Shown: positions 1 to 6,064 of the stretch, one piece after another | How the letters are laid out: each line of letters starts with the position of its first letter | Position numbering within the stretch: position 1 is the stretch's first letter | Origin: Candidatus Micrarchaeota archaeon | Lineage (GTDB): Archaea > Micrarchaeota > Micrarchaeia > Anstonellales > Anstonellaceae | DNA length: 12,593 nt | Assembly (NCBI GenBank): GCA_013331805.1 | Contig: DUFS01000053.1 | Span: forward strand, 1-12,593 | Direction of reading: 5' to 3' | Translations under genes and position numbers: made by a program | The notes under the pieces: model-generated | What the model was told of the DNA's origin: nothing | The model's database searches: none | The model's input: the letters and a program-made list of their open reading frames with translations, nothing else

Positions 1-145
1 TCAAGGCAGAAGTTGGGCTGAAGGTGCATTACTTCAACCAACTGCATGGATTTTGAGAAGATTCTTGTTTTGGATTAAGTAGAGCTGCTCCTTGCTGCTG
101 AATTGTGCAACAAGGCAGATGAAACGGCACCGGCAAGCAGGTCAA

Positions 146-170
146 GAAATATTTATAAAGCACACGAGGT
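146..170 (+). promoter_or_regulatory. Archaeal TATA box (TTTATAAA, 152-159) with purine-rich BRE-like upstream bases; GAGGT SD-like motif at 166-170
   Basis: GAAATATTTATAAAG lies at -31..-24 relative to ATG 183 (leaderless spacing); GAGGT lies 6 nt before the alternative ATG 177. Confidence 0.6.
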
Positions 171-1331
171 AAATATATGACCATGAAGATGTACCGCTTC
201 AGAATCTATCCTTCGAAAGCGCAGGAAAAGCAGCTGGGCCAACATCTCTGGCTTGCTAAGAACCTGTGGAACGACCTTCTTGAGCACAGCAAAAACACCT
301 ACAGGAACTTTGACAAATTTCCTTCGAGAGATGCCTTGCAACTGATGTCAAAGGATTCTGGGATGTATTCTCAGACATCACAGGAAATAGCCCACCGTGT
401 GGAGAACGGCATCTGGCGCTATGTCAAGCTGAGGAAGGCAGGGAACAGGAAAGCCGGCTTCCCACGCTTCAGATCCATTGACAGGATGAGAAGCCTGCAC
501 TATCCACAGTCCGGTTTCTGGCTTGGCAATGAGCTCAAGGTGACTCCATTCGCTGAAATCCCAATAGTCCAGCACAGGCGGATAAAGGGAAAGATAAAGA
601 CGCTGACGCTCAAGAGAGAAGCTTCTGGAAAATGGTTTGCCTGCTTCGCTGTTGAGGAAACGCCGGTAATCAAGGCATCAAATGGCAAGTCAAGAATAGG
701 CGTAGACCTTGGCCTGAAGACGCTGGCGACCCTGTCAAACGGCTCAAAGATAAGCAATCCAAGACACATTAGAAAGCATCAGGACAAGATAGCCTTTCTG
801 CAGAGGGTAAGTGACAGGAAGAAGAAGGGGAGCAAAAACAGAAAGAAAGCCAAGAGGAATGTTGCCATTGAGTTTGAGAAGCTGAAGAACACCAGAAAGG
901 ATTTCCTGCACAGGCTTTCACATAATCTAGTCAATTCATATTCCTTCATCGCCCTGGAAGACCTGGCATCGCAGGAACTTGCTGAAATGAACTTCGGCAA
1001 GCAGATAAACGATGCAGGCTGGGGTGAGTTGGCGAACATGCTGCGCTACAAGGCTGAGAGTGCCGGTTGTGAGGTCGTGTTTGTCAATCCTGAGGGTACT
1101 ACAAAGATATGCTGCATCTGTGAAAACAAGATGGACATGCCGCTGGCAGTCAGGGGATATGACTGCCCAATGTGTGGCAACCATATGGACAGGGACTTGA
1201 ACGCGGCATACAACATACTCAAAAGAGCTACTGCCGGATCGGCAGGAAGTAATGCTTGTGGAGATGGGCTGCATGTCCGTCTTTGAAACAAGAAGCCACG
1301 GCTTGGGCGAAGCCAAGCCGGGGAGGATCAC
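157..1331 (+). mobile_element. IS200/IS605-family element, tnpB only (IS1341-like); right end well defined, left end uncertain
   Basis: tnpB followed by GAAG, a subterminal hairpin (CGGCTTGG 1299-1306 / CCAAGCCG 1313-1320) and GGGAGGATCAC ending at 1331. No tnpA in the window. Left boundary placed tentatively after TTTAT (152-156); it may lie further upstream. Confidence 0.7.
177..1286 (+). CDS. tnpB: TnpB RNA-guided endonuclease (IS200/IS605 OrfB), 369 aa; start may be ATG 183
   Basis: N-terminal YRFRIYPSKAQ, GFPRFRS, RuvC-I IGVDLGLK, RuvC-II IALEDL, zinc ribbon CCIC...CPMC, RuvC-III DRDLNAAYNI; D-E-D triad intact. Confidence 0.96.
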   Translation: MTMKMYRFRIYPSKAQEKQLGQHLWLAKNLWNDLLEHSKNTYRNFDKFPSRDALQLMSKDSGMYSQTSQEIAHRVENGIWRYVKLRKAGNRKAGFPRFRSIDRMRSLHYPQSGFWLGNELKVTPFAEIPIVQHRRIKGKIKTLTLKREASGKWFACFAVEETPVIKASNGKSRIGVDLGLKTLATLSNGSKISNPRHIRKHQDKIAFLQRVSDRKKKGSKNRKKAKRNVAIEFEKLKNTRKDFLHRLSHNLVNSYSFIALEDLASQELAEMNFGKQINDAGWGELANMLRYKAESAGCEVVFVNPEGTTKICCICENKMDMPLAVRGYDCPMCGNHMDRDLNAAYNILKRATAGSAGSNACGDGLHVRL

Positions 1332-1351
1332 TATTACCAGCACAAGAACGG
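1228..1351 (+). ncRNA. Putative TnpB omegaRNA/reRNA: scaffold overlapping the tnpB 3' end up to TCAC (1331) plus flank-derived guide (about 1332-1351, TATTACCAGCACAAGAACGG)
   Basis: Stems CTGCCG 1231-1236 / CGGCAG 1240-1245; CTTGT 1255-1259 / ACAAG 1288-1292 enclosing AGATGG 1262-1267 / CCGTCT 1278-1283 (one G-U); right-end hairpin 1299-1320. The 5' end and guide length are estimates. Confidence 0.7.
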
Positions 1352-1356
1352 AAGAC

Positions 1357-2028
1357 ATGGACCCTGCAAAGTACGCCTCGGCGCACGAAGCGCTCCGTTT
1401 TGTAAAGAAAGGCATGTCAGTCGGCCTTGGGACAGGAAGCACTGCCGAAATATTCATCGACCTTTTAGGGAAAAAGAACGCAAGCGAGTACTTGGAGCTT
1501 TGCTGCATAGCCACCTCCAAAGCCTCAGAGGCGCAGGCGCTCAGGCTGGGCATGCGCCTGTGCGGCTTTGACGAAATAAAAAAGCTGGACGCGGCATTCG
1601 ACGGGGCTGACCAGGTGGACTGGGACCTAAACCTAATCAAAGGCCTGGGCGGGGCGCTGGTGCGGGAGAAAATCGTGGACTACCGGGCCGAAAAATTCTA
1701 CGTCATGGCAGGGGAAAGCAAGCTGGTGGAGCGCCTCTCGGGCGCCATACCCGTGGAAGTGATCCCCATGGCGGAGGAGGCGGTCAAGCGCGACCTTATG
1801 GAGCTTGGCGCGACCAAGTTCGAGACCCGCAAGGACGGCAGGCGCAAGTTCATATCCGACAACTCCAACCTCATAGTTCACGCGCACTTCCAGAGCGTGG
1901 AGAAACCCGAAAAGCTCGAGGATGAGATAAACGGAATAGCTGGCGTAGTTGACAACGGGATTTTCGCGCATAAAAAGCCCGTCGTCATAGTTGGAAGGGC
2001 CGATGGCGGAACGAGGATATTGAGATGA
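1357..2028 (+). CDS. rpiA: Ribose-5-phosphate isomerase A, 223 aa
   Basis: VGLGTGST, AFDGADQVD, LIKGLGGALVREK, IPVEV, SDNSNLI, GVVDNGIF motifs. Start moved from 1252 (inside the IS end) to MDPAKYASA at 1357, which fits the usual RpiA N-terminus. Confidence 0.95.
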   Translation: MDPAKYASAHEALRFVKKGMSVGLGTGSTAEIFIDLLGKKNASEYLELCCIATSKASEAQALRLGMRLCGFDEIKKLDAAFDGADQVDWDLNLIKGLGGALVREKIVDYRAEKFYVMAGESKLVERLSGAIPVEVIPMAEEAVKRDLMELGATKFETRKDGRRKFISDNSNLIVHAHFQSVEKPEKLEDEINGIAGVVDNGIFAHKKPVVIVGRADGGTRILR

Positions 2029-2032
2029 GCAA

Positions 2033-2536
2033 ATGCTGATATTGCCAGAAAGCCTGCGTGAGGAAGTGAGAAAGCCCTTTGGCGCCCTTGTTACCCGCGA
2101 GGGCTTCCAAAAGGCGCTTCAAGGCGCTGCCCGCCCGTTAATTACCGTGGGCGACCAGTGCGCATTCGACATTATCTCAGCGGGTTCGCCTCCTGAAATG
2201 CTGATTTTCGACTTCAAGATTAAGCGGGTGGAAATTCACGTTGACATGAAAAAGGCGCTCGCACCGCACGCGAAAAACGCATTCGTTGTGCTTTCCGGGG
2301 CAGGGCAGATTTCGGACAGCCTGGTTGAGGCAGTGGAAAAGATGCTCGGGGAAGGAAAGGGCGCAGTATTCGTGGTTGGCGAGGATGATTTGTCCTCCCT
2401 TCTTGTCATGGCAAAATCAGGCAGGGGAACGCTCATCTACGGCCAGCCAGACCAGGGCGCGGTTTTCGTGCCTCTTGGGGGCGGGGAAATAAGGAAAAAG
2501 GCGCAGGGGTTCCTGGACAGGATGGAAAAAGCATGA
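2033..2536 (+). CDS. GTP-dependent dephospho-CoA kinase (DUF359/COG1909 family), 167 aa
   Basis: LPESLREEVRKPFG, ITVGD, IFDFKIKR, VGEDDL, LIYGQPDQG match archaeal DUF359 motifs; 4 nt after the rpiA stop, so probably co-transcribed. Confidence 0.88.
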   Translation: MLILPESLREEVRKPFGALVTREGFQKALQGAARPLITVGDQCAFDIISAGSPPEMLIFDFKIKRVEIHVDMKKALAPHAKNAFVVLSGAGQISDSLVEAVEKMLGEGKGAVFVVGEDDLSSLLVMAKSGRGTLIYGQPDQGAVFVPLGGGEIRKKAQGFLDRMEKA

Positions 2537-2589
2537 GGCTGCTTTTGGAAATGGGGAATCGCAGCCAAGCCCAATCAGATGGAAAAAAT
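2537..2589. terminator. Convergent intergenic region with possible terminators
   Basis: GGCTGC 2537-2542 / GCAGCC 2561-2566 inverted repeat; T6 tract on the minus strand (2583-2588) right after the nadE stop. Confidence 0.3.
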
Positions 2590-3333
2590 CTAAATCTTGC
2601 AGACTGGCGCAGGAAGGAGCTTGTGCCTGTTCGCTTTCATGCGCAGCAATATTTTCTCAACCGTTTTCTTGTCGAACTTTTTCACCAAAGCTGATCTTTT
2701 GGCGCCTTTCCCGATTGCCTTCAGTATGGCGTCCGCCTCCTGGTAGGAAAAGCCAAGCTCCTCCTCCGCGGTCTGCCCCAGCCATAGCGCGGGCGAGGGC
2801 GGCTTGCGGAGAATCGCCTGCGGCAATCCCAGGAGCCTGCCCAGTTCCCTTACTTCAGTCTTGTAAAGGCCGCCGATCGGGAAAAGGTCAGCTCCGCCAT
2901 CCCCGTGTTTCGTGAAGTAGCCAAGCAGAAATTCGCTTTTGTCGCCAGTGCCTGCCACCAGGCCGTTTTTCCTCTGGGCAAGTGAGTAGAGGATTGCCAT
3001 TCTCACGCGCGCGGACAGGTTGGCCCTAAGGAGGTTGCTTGAAGACAATTCCCTGAAAGCGGAAATGATTGGCTCAATCTCGAACTTCACCATCCTAATG
3101 CCCAATTTGGAGCAGAGGTCCTCGGCGTCGGCCAGGTCGTCGGCCGGCGTGGAGGCAGAGGGAAGCAGCACGGCAAGCGTGTTTTTCCTCCCAAGAGCCC
3201 GCACGCAGAGGGAGAGCGTGGCGGCTGAGTCCAGGCCCCCGGACAGCCCCACAACCGCCGTTTTTTTTCCAGAGGACCTGAAGCAATCCCTTATGAACCT
3301 GAGGATTTTCCCCCTGGCTTTTTTCGGCTTCAT
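2590..3333 (-). CDS. nadE: NH3-dependent NAD+ synthetase, 247 aa
   Basis: VVGLSGGLDSA PP-loop, ANLSARVRM, GTGDKSE, GYFTKHGDGGAD, LYKTEV, KPPSPALW..QTAEEELG. True start MKPKK at 3333, 8 nt after the ATPase stop; the longer 418-aa ORF call overlaps the ATPase. No glutaminase domain. Confidence 0.95.
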   Translation of the reverse strand: MKPKKARGKILRFIRDCFRSSGKKTAVVGLSGGLDSAATLSLCVRALGRKNTLAVLLPSASTPADDLADAEDLCSKLGIRMVKFEIEPIISAFRELSSSNLLRANLSARVRMAILYSLAQRKNGLVAGTGDKSEFLLGYFTKHGDGGADLFPIGGLYKTEVRELGRLLGLPQAILRKPPSPALWLGQTAEEELGFSYQEADAILKAIGKGAKRSALVKKFDKKTVEKILLRMKANRHKLLPAPVCKI

Positions 3334-3341
3334 AGCGACCA

Positions 3342-6005
3342 CTAATATGCCGTGGTGAACGGCAGGAACTTCTTCTTGGATTCCTCCAGCACCATGATGA
3401 GCGCAGACGCGCCTGCGACAAGGAGCAGGTCCTCCACTGAAAGAGGCACAGTCTTGAACACCTCTTGAAGCGGGGCAGCGTACACGATCGCCAGATGCAG
3501 CGCAAGCGAGGCTGTTATGGCAAGGTAAATGTAGCGGTTGGAGAAGAACCTCCTGAAAATTGACTCGTGCCCGGAGCGGCAGTTGAGCGCGTTCATAAGC
3601 TGCAGGAAGACGAAGAGCGTGAACACGACAGTGGTTGCCTTTTCGGGCGAGTAGTAGCGGTAGTAGCCGAACACCGCAAGCGAAATCGAGGCCATGACCA
3701 GCCCGAGCACCAGTATGGAGATCACCAGGTTCCTGCTCATGAAGCCTGCCTTCGGGTTCCTGGGCGGGCGGTTCATCTCGTCCTTGGAGGGCGGCTCGGC
3801 GCCAAGGGCAAGCGCGGGCGGGCCGTCTATCATGATGTTTATCCACAGTATCTGGACAGGAATCAGCGGGAGCTGGCCAGTGAAGACCGGACCTGCGAAC
3901 ATGAGCGAAAGCGCTGCCACGTTGGTGGAAAGCTGGTAGCGCACGAACGACTTGATGTTGTTGAAGATCGTCCTGCCGTACTTCACCGCGCTCACGATCG
4001 AGGCGAAATTGTCGTCCGTGAGCACTATGTCCGAAACCTCCTTTGTGACATCTGTGCCTGCAAGCCCCATTGCAACGCCGATGTCCGCCTTCTTTATTGC
4101 AGGGGAGTCGTTCACGCCATCCCCGGTCACTGCGACTATTTCGTCCCTCTTCATGTATGTCTGAACAATCTTGTATTTCTGCTCAGGAGTGACCCGTGAA
4201 AATAGCGATATGGAAGGGACAATTCTTTCGAATTCCTGCTCTGAGAGGTCCGAGAGAGCGGAGCCGTCCATCACCTGCCCGCCCTCCTCAAGCAGCCCCA
4301 CTTTCGCGGCAATCGCCCGCGCAGTGGAAAGCGAGTCGCCAGTTATCATCACGACTTTTATTCCCGCAGAACGGCAAAGGGCAATCGCCTCGGCAGCCTC
4401 GGGCCTGGGCGGGTCCTCCATTGCCACCAGGCCCACCAGCACCAGGCCGCTTTCTGTGTTCGCAGATGAGTAGGATGACTTCTTTTCCACCTTTCTGTAA
4501 GCAAGCGCAAGCACCCTCATGCCCATGTTTCCAAGCGACTGCGAATCAGTAGCGAACTTCCTCTGTGTGTCGCCTGTCAATTTCTTTTCTCCGTTGTGCA
4601 TTAACACAAACTTGCAGCGGGGGAGGACCTTTTCAGGCGCCCCCTTCACAAGTGCAATCCTCTCCCTTCCCCACATTCTGACGGAGCTCATCATCTTGCG
4701 GTCAGAGTCAAAGGGGATCTCGCCCACTTCCTTGTGCTCGCTCCGCAGCCCCTTTTCGCTTGCCCCGCAGGCCTCCACTGCGGAGAGGAGCGCGGTTTCA
4801 GTGGGATCGCCGGTGAATTTGTCCACCCCTGCCTCGCTCACCTTGATGGCGTTGTTGCAAAGCGCCATCACCTCAACAGCGCGCGCAAGGACAGCGTCGC
4901 GGCGCGTGGCTCCCTCGTCCATGCCCGCCTTTCCAATGGTGTACGCGTTTTCGGAAAGGATTATTTCCTGCACCTCCATCCTGTTCTGCGTTATGGTGCC
5001 TGTCTTGTCAGTGCAAATCACCGTAGCCGAGCCCAATGCCTCAACTGCTGACATCTTTCGCACAATGGCGTTCCTTTTCGCCATTTTCTGCACGCCAAGC
5101 GCAAGGGTGATCGCAAGCACAGTGGGCAAACCCTCGGGTATTACAGCAACTGCAAGAGTTACTGCCACCACGAACATGCTGGAAGCCGATTCACCCCTCA
5201 GCAGCCCGATTCCGAAGAACAGTATGGCTGCCGTGATTCCAGCATAGCCAAGGTAGCGCGAAAGCTGCGATATGTTCCTCTGAAGCGGAGCCTCACCCTT
5301 TTCCTTTTCAGTGACATACCCCACGATTTTCCCGAACTCGGTCTGCATGCCCGTGGTTACCACCACTCCCTTGCAGTGGCCCCGCACAATCACAGTGCCT
5401 GAGAAAAGCATGTTCCTCTGGTCGGACAGCACGGATTTTGCAGGTACAGTGCAAGCCTCCTTGCTTGCCGGCCTGGACTCGCCTGTGAGCATGGACTGGT
5501 CGGAAGCCAGGTTGATCGCCTCCACCAGCCGCAGGTCAGCAGGAACCGCAGAGCCCTCTTCCAGAATAACCATGTCCCCGACAACAAGCTCGCGGGAGTT
5601 TATGGATAGCTGCCTGCCCCCCCTTACCACTATGGAGTGCAGCACCACCATTTTCTTGAGCGCCTCAAGCGCGCGCTCTGCCTTGTACTCCTGCCAAAAG
5701 CCAAAGGAAACCGCAATGAACACCGCTACCAGTATTGCTGCGGCATCTATGAGCTTGTCCCTGTCCAAAGTGAGCCCAAGAGCAAGCGAAATCGCCGCTG
5801 CTGCAAGAAGCATGAGTATGGGCAGGCTCCTGAACTGGGAAAGAAACTTTGCGTACCAGGGCTCCTTCTTCACCTCCTGGATGGAATTGGGGCCGAGCTT
5901 TTCCAGAAGCTCCCATGCTTTTTTCTCGCTCAATCCCTTTTCAGAAGTGCCAAGCTCGGAAAAAACGGACAATAGCGAAACCGAATGCCACCTTCCTCCC
6001 GTCAT
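3342..6005 (-). CDS. P-type (P2A) cation-transporting ATPase, PMR1/SPCA-like Ca2+/Mn2+ pump, 887 aa
   Basis: TGES, IPEGL, DKTGT phosphorylation site, KGAPE, MITGD, TGDGVND; about ten hydrophobic segments; M5 YQLSTNVAALSL, M6 QILWINIMIDGPPAL. Confidence 0.93.
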   Translation of the reverse strand: MTGGRWHSVSLLSVFSELGTSEKGLSEKKAWELLEKLGPNSIQEVKKEPWYAKFLSQFRSLPILMLLAAAAISLALGLTLDRDKLIDAAAILVAVFIAVSFGFWQEYKAERALEALKKMVVLHSIVVRGGRQLSINSRELVVGDMVILEEGSAVPADLRLVEAINLASDQSMLTGESRPASKEACTVPAKSVLSDQRNMLFSGTVIVRGHCKGVVVTTGMQTEFGKIVGYVTEKEKGEAPLQRNISQLSRYLGYAGITAAILFFGIGLLRGESASSMFVVAVTLAVAVIPEGLPTVLAITLALGVQKMAKRNAIVRKMSAVEALGSATVICTDKTGTITQNRMEVQEIILSENAYTIGKAGMDEGATRRDAVLARAVEVMALCNNAIKVSEAGVDKFTGDPTETALLSAVEACGASEKGLRSEHKEVGEIPFDSDRKMMSSVRMWGRERIALVKGAPEKVLPRCKFVLMHNGEKKLTGDTQRKFATDSQSLGNMGMRVLALAYRKVEKKSSYSSANTESGLVLVGLVAMEDPPRPEAAEAIALCRSAGIKVVMITGDSLSTARAIAAKVGLLEEGGQVMDGSALSDLSEQEFERIVPSISLFSRVTPEQKYKIVQTYMKRDEIVAVTGDGVNDSPAIKKADIGVAMGLAGTDVTKEVSDIVLTDDNFASIVSAVKYGRTIFNNIKSFVRYQLSTNVAALSLMFAGPVFTGQLPLIPVQILWINIMIDGPPALALGAEPPSKDEMNRPPRNPKAGFMSRNLVISILVLGLVMASISLAVFGYYRYYSPEKATTVVFTLFVFLQLMNALNCRSGHESIFRRFFSNRYIYLAITASLALHLAIVYAAPLQEVFKTVPLSVEDLLLVAGASALIMVLEESKKKFLPFTTAY

Positions 6006-6028
6006 GGCAGGGAATGGGCGAATTAGGC

Positions 6029-6036
6029 TTAAAAAA
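6029..6036 (-). promoter_or_regulatory. TATA box for the ATPase-nadE unit (probably leaderless)
   Basis: Minus strand reads TTTTTTAA at -31..-24 from ATG 6005. Confidence 0.5.
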
Positions 6037-6064
6037 CGAAGGCTAGACGGGCGAAATGGTCGGG

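Noticed and set aside
1..82. Possible 3' end of an upstream plus-strand gene (two open frames ending at 56 and 82)
   Set aside because: Too little sequence to choose a frame or assign a product.
159..167. AGCACACGA upstream of tnpB resembles AGCACAAGA in the guide (1339-1347), suggesting self-targeting of the tnpB promoter
   Set aside because: Only 8/9 nt, and the TAM-proximal seed (first 7 guide nt) matches 2/7; compatible with chance.
1252..1356. 35-aa N-terminal extension of RpiA in the ORF track
   Set aside because: It runs through the tnpB stop and the IS right-end hairpin; RpiA similarity starts at Met 1357.
1600..1670. RpiA motif variants DGADQVD and KGLGG (versus DGADE and KGGG)
   Set aside because: Catalytic Asp, Lys and the REK Glu are retained; such substitutions look like ordinary family variation, not inactivation.
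3334..3846. 171-aa N-terminal extension of NadE (possible glutaminase fusion)
   Set aside because: Alternate-frame overlap with the ATPase 3' end; no nitrilase-like motifs; good start at 3333.
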